Source of the DNA: Camelus ferus
Taxonomy: Eukaryota
Assembly (NCBI RefSeq): GCF_009834535.1
Contig: NC_045707.1
Location: forward strand, 52,888,001 to 52,952,000
DNA length: 64,000 bases
Direction: 5' to 3'
Below the pieces are notes generated by a model. The model worked only from the letters and a program-made list of their open reading frames with translations. It was not told the DNA's origin and ran no database searches. Every line of letters begins with the position of its first letter. Within the stretch, counting starts at the first letter, position 1. The position numbers and the translations under genes are program-made. Positions 12,356 to 38,222 of this stretch are shown here, in pieces.

Positions 12356-15221
12356 ACCCTGTAATCCAGAACATGTCTATAAAATGGATGCCTTTCAGTA
12401 TCACTCCAAGGTGAGCTCGTGAGCCGTGACTTGAGAGCAGACAAGCTTCTGGGCTGTTACTGCCGTTGGCACCCCGCCTCCTGCAAACTGCTTTCCAACA
12501 GCAGCCAGCCTGCGCTCTGCCCAGCATGGCGCAAGCCCTCCAAAGGGGCCCTATCAATGTAGAACAAAACCCAAAGTTGCGTCCAGTCCCAAAGCCTGCT
12601 TGACCATTCGGACCTTGCCCAGTCATCACACTGGGAGGTTCCTGTTGGTCCAGCCCTGGGTCTTAGGACGCGCGGCCCCTCTGCTCCCATTGGCTGCTTT
12701 CTTCACCTCCTCCTCCAGCCCCGAGCCTTTATGTATAGTCTGCGCCTGACCCACCTTAAGCAGGTCCTGTTCCAAGGGAACAAGTTTCAGGATCAGTGTC
12801 AGAGCTGCTTCCCCGGTCTCCTCGTCTGGAACACGTCTGACATCCTCGGAGGAAGAGCCCGAAGCAGGCGAAGCAGTCAGGCTCAGCAAACAGGATTGGA
12901 GGGCAAGGTGCGCGAACCACCCACCTGGGGCCGTGAGTACCGCCTGGGGCCCTCCCAGCTTGGCCAGCATAGCCTGGTCGGGGAGAACACAGCAGGCGGC
13001 CAGCGGGGAAAGAGATAGCCCCTCGCTCCAGCTCACACAGGGAAAGCATTTTTCTCAAAGCTATGAAGGAGGAAAACCACTTTTCTGCCCTCATCCTGAA
13101 CTTTCCCAGAGCCTATGTCCATGGGTCCCAGGGCAGCCTTTCTGGACGGGGTGGGGGCAACCTTTCCTCCAAGTTCATGTAGGTTCCCCTGAGCAAACTG
13201 GCAGGTCCACTCTCCCTGCAGGTGGGAGACAGGCCACCTCCATGGAGTAGGGTGCCCTGCCCAGGTGTGTCCTCCAGGGAATAGGGCCGGAGTGTCCATA
13301 GTGGGGCCCAGACCACCAAGCTCTCTGCCCAGGGTGTCACCCCAGGACAGGTGGCCCTGCCTCCAACTTTGCTGCAGGTTGTTTTGGAAAAAACGGATGG
13401 ACTGACAGCAGATTCCAGGCCCAGGCGGGAAGCCCACAGAGCCAGGGGCCAGGGCTCGGGTCCGGGAGACCAAAGGCCTTCCTAGTCTTTCTTTTGGCTG
13501 CAGAAAGGGTTCCATCCCCTGACCTGTCACCCCAGGATGGGCTCAGCCGGCTGCCAGGGACACTGAGCTCTGGTTCTAGATTCACACCAGGTCCAGCCCA
13601 GGGGTCCAAGGACCCAGGGAGCAGAGTCAGGAGAGAAGGAGGCTGAGGTGGTGGTTTAAGAACAGTAACAAAGTCATCAGACCAGCCCTGGAGGCAGACT
13701 AGGCCACGGCTTTCACAATCCAAGCTAAAACGAATTCATTGGTTTATAGGTTTCCAGAGCAATTGCTCAAGTACCACTGTTTCTCTACGCCATTGAAATT
13801 GTTTTTTACTAAACTGAGTATGTTTCTAATATCTCTTAATTGAAGAAAGAACTTGTTTTTTAGGGAAATGCTCTTTGTTTTTTGATTCAGTGTGAGAACT
13901 TTAAAAAGTTTAAAACGTGTACGTAGGGAGGTCCTTTCTGCCAACTTACAGTATAAAAATGTCTTATACTTAACCAACACAGCCAGCTTGATTTGTGAAA
14001 CAAGGAAATAAAGGCTTACTTCTCCAAAAACAAACAAACAAAAAAGTTTTACTTAAGCCAAAACTAATAGATTAAGGAACTTCCGGGTCCAATACCCAAA
14101 TCAGATACTTGAAAATCCTCCCAGTACAAACACCAAGAAATTCTAACCACACGAAGCAGACTTTTTTTAGATGTGAGCAGGGCGTGGAGAGGGAGCAGGA
14201 CACTCAGAGGAAGGGGCTGAGCTCTGACGCCACCCGCGTTGCGGGGCCGTAGGGTTGGGGGTGGCCACCTCCGTGTTTAAAGCCTGTACAGGTCAAGAGA
14301 GGAGACAGGCCCCTGCCCTGAGGGGACGTGGAGCTGGACGGCCCTGCTGCAAACCTGGCCTCTTCCAAGAGCCCTGGGGAAAAGTGATCTCGTGCAGGGA
14401 GTGGCCACCCTGGGCTGGAGGAACAAGCCTCCCCTGGGAATTTGCAATCAGACTGCAGACCGAACAACACAACCCACACGGCCCAGCAACCCCCCAGACA
14501 ATGTGTTAAAGTGAAATTAAATCTTAGGTTAGCCACACCCTGGGCCCCTGCCAGGGCAATCCCAGAACTTCTGCACAGACAGGCTGCTGCCCTGAAACCT
14601 TTCCAAGGTCACTGTGCCAACAGGGACCTCCCCTCGCCCCACAAGTTCAGTTAAGCCTCACCTGCTTCTGGAACTTTGCTCTGTAGTGCCACCAGCCCGC
14701 CCCCCTCCTGCCCCCTCCCCACTGCTCTCCTGACCCCGGCCATTTCAGCACTGGTTGGCATCCAACCAGCCTATGTGCCGATTCCACTCTGGACATCTGT
14801 TGCTCAAAGGTGACTGCGTCTGTGAACTCGGTGGCCCTCTGCCTGATGCCCTGCTCGGCCACCCCCTCCTCCATCACTCAGGCTTCAGACGGGCCACCTC
14901 TGACGAGGCAACCCAAAAGACCACTGCCTCGTGCGCCCCTGGCTGCACTTTCCGCCCGGCCTGCAACTCATCAGAAATGTGTTCCTTTCTCCAGGTCTTT
15001 ACAGCCAGAATTGAGGCGACTCAGAATGCTTCCGGCTCCCACAGCACTCCTGTCTCTCACTTAAGTTAACATTCAACAAAGCAATGCGTTTCCACTGCAT
15101 CTCTCCTGACTTTTTCAGGGAATCGTTCTACAAAAAGAATAGGAATGACTGTTCAAAGCTTTAGAAATGACACGTGCACACCTTTCTTTTAAGCACCTGT
15201 CAAGTCAGTCCACGTAGAAAG

Positions 15222-22435
<7,214 letters not shown>

Positions 22436-22606
22436 GTAGTGGAGGGCGGCTGGGGACCCCACATGAGGCTTTAGACGTCTGAGCCTCGTGATCAAGGGCG
22501 CTTAGAACAGCGACTCCCTTCCTCCTTCCCTAGCTTTGCACACAACCCATAGATGCTACGCCCCAGTGTAGACAAAACGCGATCAAAGCCTGGGTAGAGG
22601 CCGACA

Positions 22607-22612
22607 ATTAAA
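22607..22612 (+). terminator. Candidate polyA signal (ATTAAA) of the SULT1C1-type gene
   Basis: ATTAAA about 170 nt after the stop codon. An alternative AATAAA lies at 23003-23008. Confidence 0.4.
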
Positions 22613-25600
22613 TCACACAGTTACCCACGTAGACCTGACCACATGGTGTGTGGATGCAAAATGAACACAGGACTGAGCTCTGTCACTGGTGTCCCCCAGC
22701 CCGGCCCCCCACAGATGAGGTTTGAGAAGAGAGTCAGAAAGGAAAGGAACCGGGGATGCAAAGAGCTGAGATGTGGCCCCAGGGAGAACGTGAGAGCGGC
22801 CAGTTCTCACCCTAACGACATGGGAACCAGAGCCACCAGGGGCCCGCAGTAGAGACGTGAGCTGAGGGGTTAGGGGTGGATGGAGGAGCTGGTCTAGGAC
22901 TGAGGGAGACAAGGCCGGGGAAGCAGGGCCGAGAGTGAGAATGACCTTGTATTTCAGGCAGACTTCTGGGGGGGTTAGGGGGGCTCACGTTAGCCAAGAG
23001 AAAATAAAAGGCAGTAAAACACCCAGCACCACGTGCACTTTAACAAAACCTGAGTATCACATCTCTGACACGAAGCCCATGGTATCCTTCTTAAAGAGGC
23101 TCTTGGCAACATTGTCAGGGCAGCCAAGCTGTTTAGGTTCGCAGGGAATCGTGTTCTGATCCTTCTTGTTAAAATCTACTCAAGAAAGTACCACCATCAT
23201 CTACACAAGTTGTGCGAAGATTGGTGCTTTTTCTTAAATTTTATTTTATCAAAGTGTAGGTGAGTTATAATGTTAGTTTCTGGTGTCCAGCAAAGCAGTT
23301 CAGTTCTACAGTGGTCAGTGTTCAGTCTGAAAGGCTGTCAGGAAGGCTGCTCTGTGGGAGGGACTCTGCCCTGGGCCAGCACATCCTCTGACACAGACAA
23401 CCATGTCCCCCGCCCCGGAACTAAGGCAGCCCCTGTGCGCACTCCTTCTCCTTCTAAGGCAAGTGTGCGGATCATTGACCACCTGACGGATAAGCCCAGT
23501 GGCATCTCTGCAGAGGGCTGAGTTGCACGGAGGAGCAGGAGGGGGAACCAGCCGGCGTGATTAAACAGCAGACATGCTTCTGCCAGTGAACCCCACGCCT
23601 GACATTCTGGGGCTACTTAGCAATCTAGACAGCGAGCACGTAACTCCCTGTGTCCAGCACGGCCTCGGCGTCCAGGGTACCACGGTGATTAAACAGGCAA
23701 TGTATCTAGTTACAACTAAGCAAAGCTTGTCTTTCTTCTTTTATGAACTGTCCAATTCTTAATGTTTTAACTGTGAAAATAAATTGCACTCTTACATTCT
23801 CCATAAATTTCAGTCACAGAAAACATGTGTGGATTTCTCTCTTACAAAGCTCTGCTATGTCCTTTTAAAAAATACTCAAAGTATAAAGAGGAAGAATTAG
23901 TGGTTTAATTCTTAAACCTTTTGAGGTATCTTCTGTCTCTCAGTTGCTGGGCTCGGCCCACACTGGACTTAAAACTCCATGGCCCCCTCGAGGTCCAGTC
24001 CAGAGACCACTGGCTGCCCCTGAGCTCCGGGGGGATGGGGAACATGGTGGCCCCACCAGTGCGGGCCACAGGGAGGGGTCCAGTGGGGACGGGTGGGGGA
24101 GAGGTGTTAGCGGGGGGAGGGACAGCGGGGAGCAGGACAGTAGGGAGTGCGGAGGGACAGGCAAGCTGGCCTCCTACAAGGGGCCCTGCAGACAGTTGGC
24201 TGTGACTTCAGTGCATGATCTCACATGTCCTCCCAGGAACCGAGTGACCAGGGAACTGGCATAAAACACCCCCAGATTCCCCCCAGCCCAGGTCCCAGGA
24301 GGATGGAATGTGGTGGAGTCAACCCAGCAGGGAGCTGGCATCAGCCTCGTGCTGATCTTGGGAGGCCTGGGGTCCTGGTTTGGGATTGGCTCACAGAGCA
24401 GACCCCGAGCTGAGGATTGAGTGCCCCCATGACAGACTCTAGGGAGCAGGGCAGCCGGGTGGAGGGACAGGAAGGGGTGTGGACAGAGCACAGCCCCAGC
24501 CTGGGCCTGATCCCCAGGGTTCCAGGGTGCCCACCCCCCAGGCATTGGTCCCCCAGAGAGCTCAGCGCTCATACTCTGGTGCCCTCGGAGCATGGGGCAA
24601 AGCCACTGGGGCCAGGGCTCCCCCATCCTGTGAAGGCAGCAGCCCGGGCCTGGAGGGAAGCCCAGCTGAACGAGGTGGCGCTGGGGCACCCAGGCAGCAC
24701 CAGCAGGTCCCCACATCTCCAGGAGCTCTGAGACCCACAGAAGTCCCTGTTAGGAGCCCCGAGCTCTGTGGGACCCAGAGCCCCACCCTGAAGCCAGATG
24801 CGGGGCCGTTGGGTAGGTGCAGATGGGACAGGCAGGTCAGAGTGAGGACAAGACGGTGGCTCCTGGGGTAAGGATTTGCCGGCCCGGCATGGTAGGTAGG
24901 CTCTGCCCCAGCCTTTGCCCCCCAAGCTGGGAGGGCCTGCAGGTGGATGTCCCCACCCCACCCGGCTCCCCAACATGCAACATGTGGCCTCCCAGATGGA
25001 ACCCACCTGGCACCTGAGACAGGCAGCCTACTCCCCGAGGGGCAGAGGGGAGGGGGTCCCAGCCGGGGGTCCCCTAATCAGGGCACGAGTCCCACTGTGA
25101 TCACAGGAGTACAGGCTCCAGGGTTAGGTCTGAAATGAGGGACTGAGACAAGGTGGCTGGAGAACACAGCCTGGGGAGGAGTGGGTGTGGGCAGGACAAA
25201 CGCTCACAGGGACAGCAGGGGACATGAGACAGACAGGAAGTGAGCAGACGGGAGGGTTTGGGGGAAACACCTGAACCCCGTGGGGTGGGAGGGCAAGTCC
25301 CCCAACAGACCAGCTTCACTCAAACCAGAGGGACAAAACATTACTGCGTTTTCCGAATGTACTCAATAGATCTTTACTTAATTTCTGAAAGCTGAAAATA
25401 CGAAAATATATACTTTTCCATTGACATTGAATTTTATCATGAAACCTTTCATTGTGAGAGAGAGAGAGAGAGGACTGTTCCCCTGTTTCCTGGGGTACTT
25501 GGCATGTGAGTCCCTAAATGCCCACACACCATGGGGATTCAAATGAGGTTTGCCTGGTCCTTCTGCCTGAGCAGGATGTTTGGTTTTGCAAAGATTTTCC

Positions 25601-26299
25601 TTTACAAACAGCCTGTGGACATTCAGGCTGGAATCCAGGCATGTCTATGTAGAGCTAAAGCAGAGAAACAGTATTGGAAATCGTGCAGCGATCTGGCACA
25701 AAGCTGCACCCAGCGGCCCCGGAAGTCCCATGGGAAGTCGAGAGAACGCTCTTTGCCCTCTCTGTGCCTGATGTTCGCGGTCAGACAGATGGGCGGGAGC
25801 GCAGGGCTCACTTCCCCCACCCCTGGGAAGCTGCCCTGGTCCCCAGGCGACAAAAACCCTGCGTCTGCACCAGGTGTGGCATCACTATCGAGAGTAAACT
25901 GTGTAGCCAGAGCCCTGACAGGAGGAGACCAGAAATGAGCTCCTGGACAAGAAAACAGCAACCACAGGCCGCGGCTTTGCCTAGTACGTGGCCACACAGC
26001 CCAGCGGAGGGACGCGTGATTGCCCAGAGCCAGTTCCCCAGCGGGGCCTGACAGCCTGGGGGTGGCCCCGTCCAGTCTCCCAGCCCCTCTGCCTGGAGAC
26101 ACACCACTGCCCCTGAACTCCAGCTGTAAGTAATCCTGAAAACACAGAGCACGGGCTTGGAGTCTCCCTTTGGAGACTGTAAATGAAATGGATTAAAACA
26201 CTGAAAATGCAATGCTACTGATTCTGAAGGGGTGGTGGGATTGTAAGCAGATTAAAGGCAAGAATAAGTTTATGTGACCTTGACTGATGAAAGAAACGT

Positions 26300-27220
26300 G
26301 TTACCACTTTTATTTTTTCCCCGGATGATGACATGTAATGGATGCATTACCTTGTGTAAGTTTAAGGTCGAGCGGGTTGATTTGACCCAAGTACACCCTG
26401 CAAAGTGACCACCACCACAGGGTCAGCAACACCCCATCCCGTCACATAATTACCGTTGCTTTTTTGTGGCGAGAACATTTAACAACTTTCGTGTGTATGA
26501 TGTATTATTGCTAACTGCAGCACCATGCTGCACCTTAAATCCCCAGAACTTGTTCCTCTTGTGACTGGAAGTTTGTGCCTTTGACCAACCCTCCCCACCG
26601 CTCCCTCCCCTGACCCCGGCAACCACCATGCGAGTCTTCGTGTCTATAAGTTAGACTTTTTTTAAGATCCATATGAAGTGAGATCACACAGTACTTGTCT
26701 TTCTCTGTCTTCTTCATCTCACGTTGCATAATGCTCTCCAGGTCCATCCATGTTGCTGCAAACAGCAAGATTTCCTCATATATATAGATCTTCCTTACCC
26801 ACTCATCTGTCGATAGACACTTTGGCTGTTTCCATGTCTTGACTGTTGTGAATAAGGCTGCAATAAACACAGGAGTGCATTTGTCTCCTCAATAACCCTT
26901 TTTAGTTTTCTCCGGATGTACAGAAGCAGAACTGCCGGATCACATGGCAGTGCCAGCTTCGATGTTTTCAGAAGCCTCCATACTATTTCCACAGTGGCTG
27001 CACCAATTTACATTCCCACCAACAGTAAACAGGGTCCCGTTTCTCCACATCCTCACAAACATTCGTTGTTGTCTTTTTGATGACACCCATTCTGACAGGT
27101 ATAAGGTGGTATCTCCTGGTTTTGATTTGCATTTCCCTGGTGATTAGTGATGTTGAGCACTTTTTCATGTGTCTGTTGGCCATCTGTACATCTTCTTTGG
27201 AAAAATGTCTACTCAGACCT
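26300..27220 (-). mobile_element. L1 3' fragment
   Basis: The reverse strand encodes L1 ORF2 C-terminal-like peptides ([49 protein letters not shown]). Confidence 0.88.
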
Positions 27221-27569
27221 TCTGTGAGAGAAATTTGCTTTACTGATCCGGCTCCACACTGAACCATGTCCCCTTTGACGAGTGTACCCTTTACTCTCAG
27301 CACGTGAGAACACAAGGACACAGAAGTACTGTCTCCAGGGGATCAGGTGGCTCGTAACTGTTTACAGACACAGCCCAGGGAGCCCCCAGTGTTTGGGGAG
27401 AGAGTGGCTGAGGCTCTTTGCCTCCAGAAGTGGCGTCTGAAGGTCTGGCCTCAAGGGAAGTGAGCCGCCGTGGAGTCCCCCCCTTGTTGGGGCCAGCCCT
27501 CTGCCCACACTCACCAGGAAACAAGGCTTCAGATGGAAGAAATAAAAGAGAACACAGGGCGGTGGCGCC

Positions 27570-27754
27570 AAGCTGGGGCAGGAAGGACGTAAGGAGGCAG
27601 CTGTGTGGTCGGAGCATCCAGGTCACCCACCAGCCCCCCCGACTCAGCGGTAATTTGAGGCTCACGCTGCCTCCTTGGAAGGCGAGACCTTTGAGCTCAC
27701 TGCCCCTTGGTCCCTCCTGCCTCCAGGCTGCTGGGCTTCAGCTGGAACCTAAAG
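27570..27754 (+). other. Candidate non-coding first exon of SULT1C2
   Basis: Strong donor AAAG|GTAAGA at 27754/27755 in unique sequence upstream of the 31502 acceptor. The start coordinate is a guess. Confidence 0.4.
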
Positions 27755-28779
27755 GTAAGAAAATGGCTTAAAAGAAATCCTTTACGTAACTCATTGATTT
27801 ACCTTTTTTAATCTGTACGATAGTAATGTAGGTGCGGCTGTGTAGACGACTGATTAATTCAAGCCAGAAAGCATGTTAAGGAACCTGAAGAATAAGATGT
27901 TTGTAACCGGCAGGGCACCAGCCAACCGAGCAGGGCTGAGAAACCCAGGCCCAGGGCAGACGTCTCCCTGAGCTCCGCTCTGACGACAGGGTCTCGCTCC
28001 CACCCCTGCCCCTAGCGGCCCCCACTTCTGTGCCACGGCCACTCCTTCCAAAAAGTGCCCTCCTTCCATCCGGCTGCTGCCCACACTCAGCACTGGGTCT
28101 CAGACGGGCTGGGATCCGGGCTCTGGGGGCCATACGTGCAAGCAGGGAGCGTGGGGCAGTGGGGGAACAACTCCGGGGCTTACACACGAAATGCTACAGG
28201 TTCCCACGGAAGGGACCAGGATTTCTGTCCATGGCACCAGGGAACTGGGGCCCTTTTTTTTTTTCAATCTCTAGGTTCTTCTCCACCTGTTTTTAAATTC
28301 TCTTGTGATTCACTAAAGAAACTGTACCCTTGACCTGCCGACTTTCACAAGGTCTGCATTTTGTCGAGCCTCCCTGTGGGGTGTTTTAACACGTCGCCCT
28401 GTTCTCCGCATTTTCTGTAACGCGTCTAGATTTTGAGACTTAATCAGAATCAGATTCAGGGCTTTGGGCAGAACCACTTTGTAGGTAACGTGCTTCTCAC
28501 CGAGGGTCTGCTTGTCCTCTCTGTGATGTTGGGGCCTGTGAAAGTTAAAACCCTGGATCCTTTCACCATGGAGGGCTGCAAAGGACCTTACAAGCCTGTA
28601 ATTTATTGTTCATGTGTTTGCTGGAATAATTCTGTGAAGAGAAACTTTTTTCGTCTCCTATTTGGTTTTTCAGCAGTGCAATTAGTACAGGAAATTCAAG
28701 ATGAATGGTTTATCCTCTCCCTCCAGTCACCAGTTTCCAAATAGACAGCTGGTCTCTAAGCTGCCTTCGAAGGTTAGTT

Positions 28780-29750
28780 TGCATTAGTCCGTTCAGGCCG
28801 CCTTAACAGCATAGCCTGCACTAAACGGCGTAAACAGCAGAGATCTGCTTTCTCACAGCTCCGGAGGCCGGAGGGCCCGGGTGAGGCATGGGCAGGGTGG
28901 TTACTACCGAGGCCTCTCTCCTTGGCCTGCAGGTCAAGACTTCTTGCCGAGACCTCATGTGGTCGACCCTCTGGGCAGGTGCAGCCCTGGCATCTCTGTG
29001 TCTCATCTCCTCTGCTAGTAAGGACACCAGTCCGATTGGATTGGGGCCACTGGCCTCATTTTAACTTAATTACCCCCTTAAAAGCCCCATCTCCAAATAC
29101 AGTCACATTCTGAGGTCCTGGAGGTCAGGGCTTCAGTTTGGGGGGAGATGCTGTCAGTCCATGGTCCATGATCATGTCCCCGGAGTGGTTTGTAATATAT
29201 ACAGTTTCCTGTTGTGGCTATAACAGATTACCACAAATTTAGCATCTTAGAACAACACACATTTGTTACCTGACACCTCTGTCATCAGAAGTCCCCAGCA
29301 GGTGTCTCCAGGTGAGACCAAGGTGCTTGCTGGCAGCACTGCGCTCCTTTCTGGAGGTCCTGGGGGAGAACTGCTCCCAGCTCATCCTGGTTGTTGGCAG
29401 AATTCAGGCCCTAGTGCTACAGGATTGAAGTCCCATCTCCCCGCTGTTGGCTGAGGGTGGTTCCTGAGGACACGTGGGGCCCCTGACCCCTCCGTCTCCA
29501 GGCCAGCAACGGCTGGATGAGTCTCCCTCAGGCTCTGAATCCCCCTCCGCTGCTGCATTGCTCCCTCTCTCTGGCTCTTCCAACTCTAACTGTCCTCGTG
29601 GGGGCGTGGGTCCCACCGGCTAGCCCAGGACAACTCCACAGCCTTCACGTCCTTAAGCCTAATTCCACTTACAAAGTCCCTTGGCCACACACTGTGACGA
29701 ATGAGGAATTAAGGCGCAGACCCCTTGGGGGCTACTCTCTGCCTACCACG
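28780..29750 (-). mobile_element. Two adjacent MaLR LTRs (MLT1-like), about 28780-29165 and 29200-29750
   Basis: Typical MLT1 motifs (tctcacagctccggagg, ccccatctccaaatacagtcacattctgaggt; taacagattaccacaaatttagc). Confidence 0.65.
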
Positions 29751-30609
29751 CATCATGTGTATCTGAAAAAGAAACACATCAAAATAATAATTCCTGCATG
29801 ATGATTTTTTTCCTTGTACATCTGAGCTTATTCCAAATTTTATGCCCTGTGTATGTGTATTTATACTCACAACACAAAACAAGAGGTCATTCTTAAAGGA
29901 GGAATGTGGGATTTTAGGCAAACTTTGGCTGCCATCCTGAGCAAGTTACTGATCACGTGACTCTCCGCTTCCTCACACATGTAACGATGTTAACACTCTT
30001 TCCCAATAAATGTTTGATACAAATTACAAGAGAAAAATTTGTAAAAGCTCTAACACAGAAGGCCTGTTAGAAACCTTAGTTCTCTCCCCTTCTCCCTCCT
30101 GAAACTGACCATAATCTCAGGAGGATTGTCCAAACTCCACCTTCTTTGACACATTATAAATACAGCTGCTTCTTATGGTTGAAATATTTTTGGAGAGAGT
30201 TTGTCTTTCACTTTCTGAAAACACAGGGTCCATCCTGAAGGGCTGGACTCACCCTGAGAGTAGAAAACCCTTGAAAAGGAGTCTGGGTGACGGGGACACC
30301 AGCCTCCCACCCACTCCTCGGAGGGACTGCCCCAGGCTCTCACTCAGCATCCAACAACCGTTTCTTGCCACAGCTTCTGGAAGGACCCTTTCAGCTTTAA
30401 AGTTCTAACAGTCATTTTATGCAAGAGTTGGAATGACTTCAAGTTCATAAGGCACTCAGCCCAGCACATGCAAACTGACGTGTTTGGTGCTGTTAGATTT
30501 TAAGTGTTAGTTAAATTGGCAGTAGCACTAAATGTTTCTGGAATCCCAGTTGCCAACTATCCTGGGGTAACAGTGCCCAGCCTTCCTCATTTTGTGCATT
30601 TAAAAGTCT

Positions 30610-31480
30610 CTCTATACAACAGCAAAAAACAGACAACCTGACTCAGAAGTGGACGAAGGATTTAAGCAGCCTCCAGAGAAGACACACAAATGACAAACAA
30701 GCACATGGAAAGGCAGTCAGCGTGGCTGATCGGTGGAGACACGAATCCCCACAGCACGATGAGCTGTCACCCATGAGGACGGCTATTATAAAATTCAAAA
30801 AGAAAAACATAAAATAACGAGTGTTGGTGAGGATGTGGAGAAGCTGGACCTCAGGTACTGCTGGCGGGAAGGCAAAATGGTGCAGCCGCTGTGGGAATGG
30901 TAAGGCAATTCCTCAAAAAATTAAACCTAGAAATGCCACATGCCCGGTGATGCCTCTTCTGGGGGAGGACCCCAAAGAGCCAAAAGCAGGTCCTGAAGAG
31001 ATGTTTGTCCACCCAGTTCACAGCAGCATGACTCACAAAAGCCAAAAGCTGGAATCAACCCCAGGGTCCATGCATGGACGAACAGATAAAATGTGGTCCA
31101 CACACACCGCGAACGATTATCCACCCTCAGAAAAAGGGTGAAATTCCAACACACGCTCCAATATGGATGGATTCCGAAGACATGATGCCCAGTGAGATGA
31201 ACCCATCACCACAGGACAAAGAGTGTGTGATTCCCCTCGTGTGAGGTCCCTGGAGGTCCGATCCACAGAGACAGAAGGCAGAGGGCAGGGCCTGGGGCTC
31301 GGGAGGGGACCGTGGAGAGTGAGTGTTCCACAGGGACAGAGCTCCAGTTTGGAAAGAGGAGACGTTGGCAACCATGACACAGCAGTGAGGTTGTGCTTCA
31401 TGGCAGTGAATGGTGCACTTAAAAATGGATAAAATGGTAAAAATTAATGTCACGTGGATTTTACTACAGTTTAAAAAATC
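30610..31480 (+). mobile_element. Old L1 (L1MB-like) 3' fragment ending just before the first coding exon of SULT1C2
   Basis: gtgttggtgaggatgtggagaagctgg...cacttaaaaatggataaaatggtaaaaatt...ttttactacagtttaaaaaa. Confidence 0.75.
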
Positions 31481-31529
31481 TCTCCTCTATTCTCTGCCAT
31501 AGGGACGCCCCCTCCCACCCCAAGCTGTC

Positions 31530-36336
<4,807 letters not shown>

Positions 36337-36524
36337 GCAAGACAGAAACAAAGAGACAACAGCCAGGGTGCAGCCCCACCCTCGGCCCCAGCTGAGTCTC
36401 GGGAAGTACGTTGTAAACCCCCTGTGGTTAGTAACAGCGGATACCAACTTCATCTCTAAAACGGATCATGCCTAATGCTCATTGTCCCAACCATTCCTTC
36501 CAAAGTAAGAAATAAGATGTAAGA

Positions 36525-36539
36525 AATAAATGAAATAAA
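36525..36539 (+). terminator. SULT1C2 polyadenylation signals (two AATAAA)
   Basis: AATAAA at 36525-36530 and 36534-36539, about 190 nt after the stop codon. Confidence 0.65.
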
Positions 36540-37295
36540 ACACAAGACTTGGATACTGCAAGGATTTCTAAAATCTCCATTATTTTGGAAAATGCATCCT
36601 AGTTTTCTGGTTTGTAATATATTTAAAAAATAATAATAATACCTTGAGTATTCACATGCAAATACCAGGTTAAATCCATACTAAGAACCTGAAGTTTCTG
36701 ATGTGTGTCCTGGCCGTTCGAGGAAGTCCAGATGTACTAGGTCCTGGGTTCCACTTGGCCGCTCTGGGAAGGGACACTTGGAGGGCAAGCTGGGGCAGCA
36801 GCCCCGAGGAAGCATGTCCTGAGGTCCTTCCCTGGCACGGGGGGTACAGGGGAGGGAGCAGAGGGGAGAGCCCAGGGACCAATACCCGGTCCAGGGAGTC
36901 TTGGCGCTGGGTCATGTGGGCGACAGAAAGGCTCACGTGGCCTTTTCGGAGCCCAAGGTGAATCCTGGGAAAAGCTGGAACCTGGAGATGGGGGCAGCAT
37001 GGAATGTCAGACCAGTCATGGTTTTCAGGCTTGGGGTTACTTGAGTCTAGACTTCAAGCCAGGCCCTCTGCGGAGCCCCCACAGCAGGCTGGGCACCCTC
37101 CCTCTGGTTCCCACGGGTTCCCACAGGCTCCCGGTGTGGCCCTGATGCTCCATCCACACCTACCAACTCACCTATCTTATCGCCCTCTGGGTCGTCAATT
37201 CTTTTGCGTTCGGTTCTTTGTCTCAGTCACCATTTCCCTGCTGGTACCTAAGGCAGTTTCCTCATCTGGAAAATGGAATCAATGTTCGTATCTCT

Positions 37296-38070
37296 TGTGA
37301 TGTTGTGATTTATGAGAAATATATATATTTGATCTTCATGTGGTTCCTGGCACGGAGCTCCTGAACCCTTGGAATTTCCCATGAGGAGATCCGCTCTAGT
37401 ATCTTTTGTTACATGAATGAGGTGACTTTGGGAAAGCCCTACTCATTAAAGGGTGGGGACTGGTTGCCAGGGAACCAGCCACCTGATTAGAAGGCTGGAA
37501 CTTCAGCCCTACCCCTTGACCTCTGGGGAAGGGGAAGGGCTGGATGGAGATTGAGTTCAATCACCAATGGCCAATGATTTAATCAATCACACCTGTTGCT
37601 GCCGCGTCTGCAAAAACCTGAAGGGACAGAGTTTGGAAAGCTTCCAGCTGGTGAAGACTTGGAGGTGATGGGAGGGTGGTTCCTGGAGAAGCCATGGGAC
37701 CCCCATGCCCCCTCCCCACACCTTGTCCACCTGGCTGTTCCTGAGCTGTATCCTATTACAACACACTGGTGATCCAGTGAGTACTTTCTGAGTTCTGAGA
37801 GCCACTCTAGTGAACTAATCAAACTGGAGGAGGGAGGGAAGGGGTCCTCCAGTTTGCAGCCAGTCGGACAGCAGCACAGGTGCCAACCTGGACCAGTGAC
37901 TAAGGTCCGTATGGGGGGTGGGGGGCCATCCTGTAGGACTGAGCCCTTAACCTGTGGGGTCCAGGTGGTGGTGTCAGAACTGAGTTGAACTGTAGCACAC
38001 CCAGCTGGTGCTGGAGAATTGCTTGGTGCTGTTGGGAAAAAGCACACGTAGGAGTCGGTGTCAGACCGTA
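37296..38070 (+). mobile_element. MER21-like ERV LTR
   Basis: Begins TGTGATGTTGTGA...atatatatttgatcttc...ttcctggcacggagctcc...cccttggaat, like the recalled MER21 consensus. Confidence 0.7.
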
Positions 38071-38222
38071 CACACCTCATACAACTTGGGGAGTAAATGA
38101 GCTGAAGCACATAAAGCTCTGAGACACAGTCCAGCCACAGAACACGCAAGCAGGGAGCTCAGCTTGTCTCATTTGTTTTGTTTCACTGTAACAGTATCAG
38201 TAGCATAGGGAAGTCGTCTTCA

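Noticed and set aside
12378..12416. TATAAAA followed by the donor AAG|GTGAGC, as a possible SULT1C1 first exon
   Set aside because: The spacing would give a first exon of only a few nt. It cannot be supported without transcript data.
12626..13036. 136-aa minus-strand ORF considered as a retrocopy
   Set aside because: No recognisable protein family, poly-A tail or TSD.
26535..27321. ORFs with L1 ORF2-like peptides
   Set aside because: A fragmented L1 relic, not a host gene.
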